Of a stretch of 64,000 nt of DNA, positions 11,735 through 23,652 are shown one piece after another. Below the pieces are notes generated by a model. It was not told the DNA's origin. It did no database searches and was given only the letters and a program-made list of their open reading frames with translations. The stretch comes from Octopus sinensis. Taxonomy: Eukaryota. The stretch covers positions 8,742,001-8,806,000 of the forward strand of contig NC_043012.1 in NCBI RefSeq assembly GCF_006345805.1, in the 5' to 3' direction. Numbering within the stretch: the stretch's first letter is position 1; each line of letters starts with the position of its first letter. The position numbers and the translations under genes were made by a program.

Positions 11735-12827
11735 TTCATTTATTCAAAGATATAAAGAATCAGGAACTGTTGAAAACAGAATAAGATCCAGTGCACCACA
11801 CAAAATTTCCCTTAGATCTCTAATAAAAAAATGAAGCGAAGAATTGAAAAAAACGGAATGATCACCAGAAAGGAGTTGCAAGAAGATTTGTTAGCTTCAG
11901 GGACTAGTGTTACACTACGAACAATCAGCAATGAACTGAAGTCACACTCTCCTAGAAAAACTCCGCTGTTGACTAAAAGGCATAGAGATGCCCGTTTAAA
12001 ATTTGTTTATGAACATAAAGATAAATCTGATACATTCTGGGAAAATGTTCTATGGACAGATGAGTCAAAAATTGAATTGTTTGGATGAAATTCGCGTAAC
12101 TATGTTTGGAGGAAAAATACAATTCCTGCCGTAAAGTTTGGAGGTGGCAACATCATGGTGTGGGGGTGTTTCTCTGCAAATGGTACTGGCAATTTACATA
12201 TGATAGATAGTAGAATGAATGCAGTGATGTACCAAAATATTTTGAACAATAATTTATGGGACTCTGTAGAAAAGCTCTAGCTTTGTGAAAGGTGGGTTTT
12301 ACAACAGGGTAACAACCCGAAGCACACAGCGAAGTCTACGAAAAAATGGATTGTCGATCACAATATAAAATTATTAGTTTGGCCAAGCCAGTCACCTGAC
12401 TTGAACCCCATTGAAAATTTGTGGTGTTATTTGAAAATTAAAATTCATTCAAGAGCCCCAACATGCATTGCAAATGTGAAGAAAATTTGTCAAGAAGAAT
12501 GGGAAAAAATTCCTAAAGAAACATGCGAGGCATTGATTAAGAACTACAAGAAGAGATTGGTTGAAGTGGAACTGAATAATGGTTATGCTACGAAGTATTA
12601 AATCAGAATTATCAGTTATTTATGTTCTGTACGAATACTTTTTTCACCCTTAAATATTTATAATTGAATATAAATTCCTTAGTTACTATAATTTATTAGT
12701 TTCTTTTGCATATTCTTAGTTTATGCATGTGTATGCAAAAATAGTATTGGTATATCCCATTTATGTTCATTAGAAATTAAATAAATAAAGAATTTTGACA
12801 TATACGAATATTTATTTCCCCCCACTG
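11735..12827 (+). mobile_element. Tc1-family (DD34E-type) transposon, 5'-truncated, transposase pseudogene
   Basis: Translates ...RKTPLLTKRHRDARLKF...VLWTDESKIELFG*...[15 protein letters not shown]...QQGNNPKH...WPSQSPDLNPIENLW...GYATKY* with in-frame stops. Right TIR ends ...ccccccactg|TA at 12827. Confidence 0.92.
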
Positions 12828-12959
12828 TATATATACACACATATATATATATACACATACATATATATATATATATATATAATTCATTAGAAATTAAATA
12901 AATAAAGAATTTTGACATGTACGAATATTTATTTCCCCCCACTGTATATATACACACAC

Positions 12960-13000
<41 letters not shown>

Positions 13001-13134
13001 ATATATACATATATACATGCATATATATATACATATAATTTAAAAATAGGATAAAATCTTTTTTATAAGAATTTATCAAGTAGTCAGCACGAAAAACCTC
13101 CTAAGGGAAAAATTATAATTATTGCCTTTAAATA

Positions 13135-13507
13135 TATTTATTTATATGAAGGGCATTACTAGACAAAAATGCCTCACGCTATGAGGGACTCAAAGTCAAA
13201 ATTACCATTATAATTAGTGTACCGAACACGAGGGAATGCAACTCTTGACGCGAGCTCTTAAAAACAGATTCAGCCGCAGATCATATGATTTCATAATTAG
13301 TGCACAAAATGCACTTTTAATTCTCAGTGCATTTTGTGCACTAATTATGAAATCATATGATCTGCGGCTGAATCTGTTTTTAAGGAGCTCGCGTCAAGAG
13401 TTGCATTCCCTCGTGTTCGGTACACTAATTATAATGGTAATTTTGACTTTGAGTCCCTCATAGTGTGAGGCATTTATGTGTAGTAATGCCCTTCATATAA
13501 ATAAATA
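13135..13507. repeat. Near-perfect long palindrome (~180-bp arms, ~10-nt loop near 13320)
   Basis: atatgaagggcattacta...gtgcacaaaatgcact is mirrored by agtgcattttgtgcac...tagtaatgcccttcatat. Confidence 0.95.
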
Positions 13508-13683
13508 AATATATATATATATATACATACACACACACATATCAAATTAGCCTTGTTTTAAAAGATAACAAATAGGTACAAGCATTGCATTTTGCAGCAA
13601 ATAAAAATACATTCACTGGTGCAGTGAATTACAAAAAAAAAGCACCTGAAGTTTTCCTACTCTTCTGGAATTTGCTGACTCAC

Positions 13684-13738
13684 TGCAAAAACTTGTGATA
13701 CACCTGCCTACCAGGCATTGCAAAGTGGTCGAAAACAT
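13684..13738 (-). CDS. Putative exon (55 nt) of an unidentified - strand gene
   Basis: Strong acceptor (t)12-cctctaatccag and GTGAGT donor; phase-0 reading is MFSTTLQCLVGRCITSFC. Confidence 0.45.
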
Positions 13739-13849
13739 CTGGATTAGAGGAAAAAAAAAAAAGCCTTTACTTATTTAGTTATCTCCCTTCATCTTCTAAG
13801 CTTAAATCCTCCCTTCTGTGATCGCCTCTGTTATATATACTTCCTTCAG

Positions 13850-14010
13850 GCTTTGAATGTTAAATTACTAGTCATGAGTGGTTTGGAGTGTTATTGCTGA
13901 ACACTTGCACCATTCCCTCTTTGCAATCCATAAAGAATGACATGATGAATATGTTCTTTGCTTGGAGGACAATACAACTTCAATTATGATAAAATTGGCA
14001 AAATCTGAAA
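13850..14010 (-). mobile_element. Possible mariner N-terminal relic
   Basis: Minus-strand peptide KEHIHHVILYG followed after a frameshift by KRGNGAS resembles the mariner HTH start. Confidence 0.35.
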
Positions 14011-14123
14011 GAAAATTAAATATTAATGATATTATCATATTTCAAATAGAACTGAGAAGTTAAATACCTTTAAATCTAGTTAAATATTTGCTTAGAAAAA
14101 ACGAACAGAACTTTCGTTACAAC

Positions 14124-14176
<53 letters not shown>

Positions 14177-14204
14177 CATATATATGTATATATATATATA
14201 TATA

Positions 14205-14637
14205 TTCGTTAACGTCCATTTTCCATGCAAGCATGGGTTGGACGGTTCAACTGGGGCCTGGGAAGCCAGGAGGCTGCGCCAGGCTCCAGTCTGATCTCGC
14301 AGTGTTTCTACAGCTGGATGACCTTCCTAACGCCAACCACTCCATGAGTGTAGTGCTTTTTACGTGCCACTGGCACAGGGGCCAGAGGAGGCTGGAAAAC
14401 AGCCACAATCGGTTGGTGACTTTTACATGTCACCGACACAGATGCCAGTCAGGCGGTGCTGGCATCAGCCACGTTTGGTTGGTGCTTTTTACGTGCCACC
14501 AGCACATGTATCTTAACTGCAATTTCCATTTGATTTTTATTTTGATGTTGGTGTTGACGTACTTAACTCAATAGGTCTCCTCAAGAACAGCGGGTCACTC
14601 TACGATCCAAGGTTAGCACAGCAGGCCGTCCTGCAAG

Positions 14638-14640
<3 letters not shown>
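14205..14640 (-). mobile_element. RTE 3' tail fragment between (TA)n tracts
   Basis: cgttaacgtccattttccatgcaagcatgggttggacgg... homologous to the RTE 3' UTR. Confidence 0.75.
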
Positions 14641-14693
<53 letters not shown>

Positions 14694-14863
14694 AAGAGAG
14701 GTTATAGGCCACTGACCATTAGGGTCTGAAGAAACGCTGTAAAGCTAAGCACTTTATGAATGTGAAACCTAGCGTAACCTCACAGACCGGATTTTATCTA
14801 ACTATTCTACTGCTCTAGAAGTTTCAGTGTACTTCTCTTTCGGATTATGATTTATTGATGATT

Positions 14864-14927
<64 letters not shown>

Positions 14928-14929
14928 AT

Positions 14930-15075
14930 ATATTCTGTTGTGTCTGGGGAGAGTCATTCTCTTTTAGTACCTTATTATTTAACACACTAAAAGAGAATGA
15001 CTCTCCTCAGACACAACAGAATATGCTTCAACACACGAACTCATATAAAGAATCCTGCAAACCAAATCCAAAAAA
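14930..15075. repeat. Fold-back element, same sequence family as 27996-28247
   Basis: atattctgttgtgtctggggagagtcattctcttttagt pairs with actaaaagagaatgactctcctcagacacaacagaatat. Confidence 0.85.
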
Positions 15076-15126
15076 CGAATATATATATATATACATACAC
15101 ATACATACATTTATTTATATATATAG

Positions 15127-15157
<31 letters not shown>

Positions 15158-16055
15158 ATAATATATTATATATATATATAAAACTGGTGAAGACCTGTCT
15201 AACGGTTACCCTGGATTTCTTGCCATAAAGATATTCTACTTCTTAGAGTGTCTCTTTTCTGTTTTTATGTGTTTTTTTCTAAAAAACAAAGGAATATATA
15301 TACTCAAACTGACTCAGACTCCAACTGTTTGTCTATTGGCTTGGCCAACTGATTGAGTAGCAGTGACATTTTTAATGTTCTGCAACTTAGTAGACCAATA
15401 CACAAATACCACTGGTATAAGAACCTCTCTTTGAAGCGAGAAGGGCTTGGCATCAGGGGAGAACATATGACCAAAGAGTTCTGGAATTTTAGTAATGACA
15501 ACAGGGCTATCTGAGCATGCACACTGTTAGACTTTCAGATGAAGGTTCCTTGCTAATATCTCCTCATTGGCATTGCTTTAAGAAGGCACCACTAGCAGTG
15601 TTATCTTAAAACATGTGCACTTTGGGCAATTGTCTGAGCCCTTCCACCAACCTCACTCCCTCAAGTCTGGTACATGGAAACTTTGCAGAAGCCTGTTATA
15701 AAATACATGTGTGTGTGTATGTGTGCATCTTTATACTGGTTTCTCAACTCTTGATAAATAAGTGTTGGTTTATTTACATCCCCTCAGCTTATTGCAGTTT
15801 AGTGAAAAGAGACCAATAGAATGAGCATCAGACTTAAAAGTATACACTGGTCTTGATTTAATCTAGTAAAGCCATCAAAGAAATACTCCAGCATGGCGAC
15901 ACTCCATCGATTGAAAGAAGTAAAAGCATTCAAAATACTTTTTACATCTTTTACTTGTTTCAGTCATTAGACTGTGGCCATGCTGCAGCACTGCCTTGAA
16001 GAATTTTTGTCAAACTCATCGCCCCCTAGTACTTATTGTGTGTGTGTTTATATAT

Positions 16056-16101
<46 letters not shown>

Positions 16102-16233
16102 TCATCATCATCATCATCATCGTTTAACGTCCGTTTTCCGCGCTAGCACGGGTTGGACGGTTTATATATATATATATATATATATAATATGTGTGTGTGT
16201 GTGTGTATGTATATATATATATATATATACACG

Positions 16234-16268
<35 letters not shown>

Positions 16269-16371
16269 ATATACGTATATATGTATATACATATGTGTAT
16301 ATATATACCTATATGTATATATATATATACATATATGTATATGTATGTATATATATATTCATATATATATA

Positions 16372-16418
<47 letters not shown>

Positions 16419-16739
16419 ATATATTCATATATATATATATATACATACACATACATACATACATACATGTCCATATATATTTAAACGTACACATATCTAA
16501 ATATATAAACCTATATATCCGCATAAACACGTACACACACACATACACAAAGATTGATAGATATATGCAGATATGTACGTATGTATGTATGTATGTATGT
16601 ATGTATGTACGTATGTATACACACATACATTTATGCATGCATAACACATTAGCTGTGAGTGTATATGTGCATTAGCACCTTATGTTGTTACTCTTGTAGG
16701 TCCTCATTTAACAAAACAAAAAGAGAAAAGAAAACATAC

Positions 16740-16780
16740 TTTATTGTATGCACTGAGTGCTACTCCTCTCGTTCGTAAAA
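16740..16780 (-). CDS. Putative micro-exon (41 nt)
   Basis: ttactttag acceptor and GTATGT donor; only one open frame, LRTRGVALSAYNK, exiting in phase 0. Confidence 0.3.
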
Positions 16781-17330
16781 CTAAAGTAACGTATATGCCT
16801 ATCTACAAACATTACATGCTCCATTTGTAGGTGACTCCATCTCACCAATCTGCGATCATATATTATTGTATGAATGTCTAACTATAACTTATTATTATAA
16901 ACATCCTAGTAAGTCGATTACATAAATAACTCCAATAGAGCGCCGACAATACTTCATGTCGCTGTATACATTACTTTAGTACACTTCCCCTCAGCTGACT
17001 CTCTCCCTCTCTTCGCAAATAGTTTTACTTTATTATGGACTCTATTAGCAGATGTTAAACCGTGTTGATCTGTGCGACATTTATCATGTAACGTTATCAT
17101 CCTTAGGTAAAATATTCACCATGTTATTTTACGTAATCGAGCGGCAACAGTTACCATGGTGCAGAGCTAATTTTAAATCGGCCCTCACATACATACATAC
17201 ATACATAAAAATGCATACATTTTATATACACACACATACATATATATATACATATACATACATGTATATCTATTTATCTATCTATCTATACTCATACACA
17301 CACACACACACACACACACCACACACACAC

Positions 17331-17410
<80 letters not shown>

Positions 17411-17572
17411 TGCTAGAGTGACGAAGAATATAGATAGATAGATGGATGGATGGATAAATGACAGAAAGAGAGATGTATCTAGTGTAAATAGTGTGGTTGG
17501 ACGCCGTATAAAAAAATGTTTTTTAGTCAAAATTGCTAAATGCGGACGCCCCCATATCTATCTATCTATCTA

Positions 17573-17661
<89 letters not shown>

Positions 17662-17693
17662 GATCCATCCATCCATCCATCCATCCATCCATC

Positions 17694-17725
<32 letters not shown>

Positions 17726-18039
17726 GTCTGTCTGTACATATGCGCGCGTGCGCGAAAATACTGAAGCTGGTGTGAAAAAGATAAGTAAAAAGACTATATA
17801 TAAATGTCTAAAACTGAAATGAAATATTTTGCAGGCACCAGTAATATATATATATATCGAGTTTCGTTTCACTAAACTTGTATTTTCTAAGTCATGGAGA
17901 TGGCCTTGTGTCTACCAGAGAAATCCCACACGTTCACACCTATCCACACATCGACACTCTGCCGTTTCCATTGATAATTTCTATCGTAGCTTTGACACAA
18001 CAACAGGTTTCCATTGATTTCCGATGATTAACATAAAAG

Positions 18040-18115
18040 TGGGCGCGTCCAAAGAATTCAGGAAATAATACTTGTAACTTCCGGTCCGGTTACGTACGTT
18101 TACTTCCGGATACTA
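18040..18115. promoter_or_regulatory. Candidate housekeeping or bidirectional promoter
   Basis: CpG-dense unique island (gggcgcgtcc, ttacgtacgt) with two ETS/GABP motifs ACTTCCGG at ~18078 and ~18102. Confidence 0.5.
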
Positions 18116-18164
18116 AGTTAACTCTGAGTTTCATTCAATTGTTTCCTTTCTATCTTCAGCTCTT

Positions 18165-18200
18165 TTATTATTACTATTATTATTTTTATTTTTATTATTA

Positions 18201-18240
<40 letters not shown>

Positions 18241-18329
18241 TATTTTATAACAAATGAATGAAAGAAGATTCGTTGAAGCTACTAAATAATAATAATAATA
18301 ATGATAATAATAATTATTGCTAATTGAAA

Positions 18330-18395
<66 letters not shown>

Positions 18396-18485
18396 ATTAT
18401 TTATAACAAATGAATGAAAGAAGATTCGTTGAAGCTACTAAATAATAATAATAATAATGATAATAATAATTATTGCTAATTGAAA

Positions 18486-18533
<48 letters not shown>

Positions 18534-18573
18534 TTATAACAAATGAATGAAAGAAGATTCGTTGAAGCTACTA

Positions 18574-18618
<45 letters not shown>

Positions 18619-18634
18619 TATTGCTAATTGAAAA

Positions 18635-18674
<40 letters not shown>

Positions 18675-18715
18675 TAGTAGCTTCAACGAATCTGCTTTCA
18701 TTCATTTGTTATAAT
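18165..18715. repeat. Compound (ATT)n/(AAT)n satellite with a 42-bp unit, three direct copies plus one inverted
   Basis: ttataacaaatgaatgaaagaagattcgttgaagctactaaa at ~18246, 18402 and 18534; reverse complement at ~18672-18713. Confidence 0.9.
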
Positions 18716-19272
18716 TAACAGTGGTTTGAAATAATATTTTACGTAAAATGAAAACATCCCACATAGGAAAAAGTAAAATTTTTTTAATGATAAATTATGT
18801 TTTCTTTGATAATGTTTCTGAAACGATTTCAATAAAAAATTGAAACCAGATGTCAGTAGTCCATCATTTTTCTCCATTCGTAACAAACATTTAACAGAAA
18901 GAAAATAAATAGATAAAAAATTAAAATTAAAAATCCCGAAAATTATCTGTCGCAATCTGCAGTGAATATGGCCAGATGTGATAGTTTTAGAAATGTTTGA
19001 CAAGATTTACTGTATAAACTTTAGTGGTATTTGAGTTGTGCTGGCTTAGATAACAAGAGTACAAAGTTTTAAGACTGAATGAGTTTAGAGTTTACACAAG
19101 AGTATTATCTATGTGGGCGTTAATTCGTTTGTAGGTTAAAGCTGCTTCCTCTGTCTGTCTGTCTGTCTCTCTGTGTAGAGCAGTGATTCCTTACGTTTTG
19201 AGATTACTAATTACTAATTATTTTGTCGTCGTCGTCGTCGTCATCATCATCATCATCGTCGTCGTCGTCGTC

Positions 19273-19303
<31 letters not shown>

Positions 19304-19335
19304 CCACCACCACCACCACCATCATCATCATCCTC

Positions 19336-19368
<33 letters not shown>

Positions 19369-19390
19369 GTCGTCATCATCATTCTTATGC

Positions 19391-20340
19391 CGGCGAGTTG
19401 GCAGAATCGTTAGCACGCCTGGCAAAATGCTTAGCAGTATTTCGTCCGTCTCTACGTTCACATGAGTTCAAATTCCGTCGAGGTCGACTTTGCCTTTCAT
19501 CCTTTCGAAGTCGATAAAATTAGTACCAGTTGCGCACTGGGGTCGATGTAATCGAATTAATAATCCCTTCCCCAAAATTTGAGCCCTTGTGCTTCCAATA
19601 GAAAGTATTGTTATTATTATCATCATCATCATCATCATCATCATCATTATATTATTATTATTATATTATTATTATTATTATTATTATTATTTTTAAGCTG
19701 GCAAGTTGGCAGAATCGTTAGCACGCCTGCAAAGTGCTTAGCAGTATTTCGCCTGTCTCTACGTTCTGAGTTCAAATTCAATGGCGGCTGACTTTGCCTT
19801 TCATCCTTTTGGGGTCAATAAAATAAGTACCAGTGAAACACGAGTCGATATAATCGACTTGTCCCCTCCCCCCAAACTGCAGGCCCTTGTGCCTTTAGTA
19901 GAAAGGATTATTATTATTAAGATGGTGAGCTGGCAGAATCATGAGCACACCAGGTGAAAAGCTTAGTGGTATTCTGTCCGTCTTTACATTCTTAGTTCAA
20001 ATTCTGCTGAGGTTGATTTTGTCTTTCATGCCTTCGGGGTCGATAAGATACGTACCAGCTTAGTACTGGAGTCAATGTCATCGACTGGTCCCCTCCCCGC
20101 AAATTTCAGGCCTTGCTTTTGTTGTTGTTGTTTAGGTGGCGAGCTGGTAGACTCGCTAGCATACCAGGCAAAACAGCAGAAATACATGTCTTATCGTTCT
20201 GAGTTCAAATGCCACCAAGGTCAACTTTCTGTTTCATTCTTTTGGGGTCGATAAAATAAGTATCTCTTAAGCACCGGGGTCAGTGCAGTCGACTTACCCC
20301 CTCCCCATGATTTCAGACCTTGTGCCTACAGTAGGAAGAA
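19391..20340 (+). mobile_element. Tandem array of four SINE copies (Meta-domain-like core) separated by trinucleotide microsatellites
   Basis: ggcgagytggcagaatcgttagcacgcc...gagttcaaatt...gcctttcatcctttcggggtcgataaaataagtaccag recurs at ~19391, 19697, 19921 and 20135. Confidence 0.8.
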
Positions 20341-20639
20341 TTGTTGTTGTTTTTATTGTTGTTGCTACTGCTGTTGTCTTCTTCTTCTTCTTCTTCTTCC
20401 AATCAGGACTCAGGCCATTAGCCGCAAAGAATAATCTCTAATTCGAGCCTACTCTAAGCTACTAAGAATGCGTGTGGAAAATTGAAGATCCACACACCAC
20501 ATGCGATAGACTGGCGGTTGCACGGGTGCGAAAGCTACACTGTTATCCTCATTCCGTAAATGGTAGCTTTTTTAACGGGTGGAGAGCTGAACCATCCTGG
20601 TGTACAGAGGATTCGCAGTCTAGACTAGGGTCTGAAAGT

Positions 20640-20698
20640 TTACCACACCATAGTGGGTTACCACACCATAGTGGGTTACCACACCATAGTGGGTTACA
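20640..20698. repeat. 18-bp tandem repeat x3 (ttaccacaccatagtggg)
   Basis: Three exact copies with no spacers. Confidence 0.9.
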
Positions 20699-20719
20699 CC
20701 AGGGTTCCTCTGCTTTGTG

Positions 20720-20914
20720 GCAGAAGTAGGAAGAAAGAGTGAGAGAAAGTTGTGGTGAAAGAGTACAGCGGGGTTCACTCCCCCACCGCCAGAGCCTTGT
20801 GGAGCTTAGGTGTCTTTGCTCAATAAACACTCACAATGCCCGGTCTGGGAATTGAAACCATGTTCTTATGACCACGAGTCCACTGCCCTAACCACTGGGC
20901 CATTGCACCTCCAC
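20720..20914 (-). mobile_element. tRNA-derived SINE, 5' part (family of 28462-28841)
   Basis: Ends ...ctaaccactgggccattgcacctccac, the reverse complement of a tRNA-like head with an A box. Confidence 0.7.
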
Positions 20915-21562
20915 TCTGCTGTTGTTGTTCAATTGTTTCAGTCACTCATTAGAAGAGCATTAAGAGGTTCTTGATGTCCCACCACTAATTTTGGAGCAAA
21001 CCGCAGCTCTAAATGTTTTCTATTTTCCATGTTTTGTCTGTTTAAATATTGTAATTTCCTGTGATTTTGTGTTCGAAATAAATGAATTACACAAAGACAA
21101 GGAGAGAGACAGAGAGGCTCTCAAATACATTTTTGATTTAGCAAATGACAGAAAAGATACTCCGTATATATTGAGTATATTTGCTAATCACTAGTTTCCT
21201 GTGCGTGTAAAGGATTAGTGAAAGTTTACGTTAGCAAACAAGACTGAAGGGAAACCACAGAATACATAAAGTATTTTATTAAGCTTCTATATTTCATTAG
21301 AAGCTTAAGTTTCTCTGTAATGCTCAAGCTTCAGTCTATCATAATAATAATAATAGTAATGGTCTCAAATTTTGGCACAGGAGCAGCAGATATTGAGGGA
21401 AGTTGATCGCATTGGCTCCAGTGCACAGCTTGTACTTATTTCATCGATCCCCGAAAGAATGAATGGCTAAGTCAACCTTGATGGAATTTGAACTCCCCTT
21501 CTCTTTCTCCTTCCCTCTCTACCTCTCTTTGCTTCTGTTTTGATGATGATGATGATGATGAT

Positions 21563-21905
21563 AAAGGTAAAGACCTTCTTCAGATGTGAATGACCATGGG
21601 ATTGCACCTAGAAAGTTCCCCTCTGATGTACAAGTCTGACAAGGTTGTTTGTGGAAGACCAGCAGTTGCTTGTATATCAGCCTCCCCTCTCCACGCCACC
21701 GATGTTATCCAAGGGAAAAGCAAAGGGGCCAATACAGCTTGGTACCTGTGACGTCGCAACTCATTTCTACAGCTGAGTGAACTGGAGCAACATGATGTAA
21801 AGTATCTTGCTCAAGAACACAACACACAGCCCGGTCCAGAAATCAAACTCACTACCTCATGATCGTGAGTCCAACACTCTAACCACTGAGCCATGTGCCT
21901 TCACA
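21563..21905 (-). mobile_element. tRNA-derived SINE (third family)
   Basis: Minus head gtgaaggcacatggctcagtggttagagtgttggactca..., followed by a gttgtgttcttgagcaag core. Confidence 0.65.
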
Positions 21906-22269
21906 ATGATGATGATATAAGTAGATACAAAAGGATTCCTCATCCACCCCTCCTCACCCTTCACCTCCTTCTCCTCCTCCTTATCATCATCATCATTATC
22001 ATTGTCCTAATCAACTTTTTCTTCATTACCTTCATATACAGTTTTGTATTAGAAAATGAAACGTGTAATGATGAATAAATATCACCAAATTTCTTTTCCC
22101 CCAATCTCTTGTTTTGATATATAATCACTCTACAACTAATATTTCTACAATTTTCAACTCTTATGTATACCTCACACAAATATAACATCTACATATGGAA
22201 TTGGTGTACTGGAAAAAGCAGATGTACTTCAAGAACACTCAGCAATTAGAGCAAGATCGTCAGCATAGA

Positions 22270-22705
22270 GGAGCTACCAGGGGCATCCTGTCTTGAATTC
22301 CTCTGTTATTGCCTGGAGGACTATGATAAATAGGAGGAGGCTGAGGACTGAACCTTGGTGGACTCCTACCTCTACCTGGAATTCTTCACTGTATTCATTG
22401 CCAACCTTCACCTTACTAACAGCATCCCTGTATATGGCTTGCACAGCTCTCACTAACCATTCATCTATCCCTAGTTTCCTCATTGACCTCCAGATAAGGG
22501 ATCGGGGGACCCTGTCAAAGGCTATCTCCATGTCTACGAAAGCCAGGTACAGAGGTTTATCTTAGGCTAGGTATTTCTCCTGCAGCTGCCTTACCAGAAA
22601 TATAGCATCAGTGGTGCTTTTCCCTGGCACGAACCCAAACTGCATCTCATCTAAACTGACTCTCTCCCTAATTAGTTGGGCTATGACCCTCTCCGTGACT
22701 TCATT
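22270..22705 (-). mobile_element. RTE-clade LINE reverse transcriptase fragment
   Basis: QFGFVPGKSTTDAIF, AFDRVPRSLIWRSMRKLG and GVHQGSVLS.LLF motifs; near-identical to the 48.4-48.9 kb segment. Confidence 0.92.
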
Positions 22706-23469
22706 ATTGGAAAATCTGAAACAACCAGTAATACATATCTATTGCTCACTGATACAATTGTAGTCTTGTACTGGTTTCATTCATTGGACTGTGGCCATAA
22801 TGAATTCTAATTAAAAGGAATGTAATTGTTAGTGATTTAATTCTGTAAATTAATTGAGAAGAATTAATTGCAAAGTTTTGTGATGGTGAACTGAAACAAT
22901 AACACCAGATGGTTTGGTTGTTTTAATTGAAAACATAAACACGATGATGAATTTTAAAAGAATCACATTCCATGAAAAGCTGTGTTGATGGAAATCTACA
23001 AAAATTTTCCAACTCGTTTTAAAGAATTTTCTATGGTGGCTTATGTTGTTCTTTAATTCTTCAGCCCCTTGTAGGCCTTGATTGAACAGATGTATGGTCA
23101 AAAGCTTTCTACCCAATAACCACCTTGTCCTTTTTAAAGCAAGGTATGCTATATCCTTATGCATTGTAAGAGACAACTAAAACAGTTGGCATCAGGAAGG
23201 GCATCCTATCATAAAATATTGCCTGAGAAAGTCCCACCCTTTACATACCAGCTGGAAAAGCAGACTGATGATGATGATGAGGAGGAGGAGGACGAGGGGG
23301 AGGAGGAAGCAATGTCATTTTTCATATGTGGTGTTGTGGTGTTGCAAAATTTGACCTGTGCATATTCCTTTCAATTATGTCCTTTATATTGTATCAAATT
23401 TCCTGTATTTATTTGTAAAGTTAAGGAAGTTATTAAAAGTTGAAACCCATCAGTGACTTTCGAGACATC

Positions 23470-23652
23470 CTGTGTAAAAAGCACCCACTACACTCATGGA
23501 GTGGTTGGCGTTAGGAAGGGCATCCAGCTGTAGAAGCACTGCCAGATCAGACTGGAGCCTGGTGCAGCCTCCTAGCTTCCCAAACCCCGGTCAAACCGTC
23601 CAACCCATGCTAGCATGGAAAACGGACGTTAAACAATGATGATGATGATGAT
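23470..23652 (+). mobile_element. RTE 3' tail fragment
   Basis: ...ccaacccatgctagcatggaaaacggacgttaaac(aat/gat)n. Confidence 0.75.

Noticed and set aside
13941-14008. C/D box snoRNA candidate (ATGATGA...CTGA)
   Set aside because: No terminal stem or recognisable rRNA guide; the opposite strand resembles a mariner relic.
19183-19465. Poly-Ser/Pro or poly-Asp/Gly ORFs
   Set aside because: Compound (GTC/CAT/CAC)n microsatellite preceding a SINE.
20640-20698. 18-bp repeat as a mini-CRISPR
   Set aside because: Pure tandem triplication without spacers.
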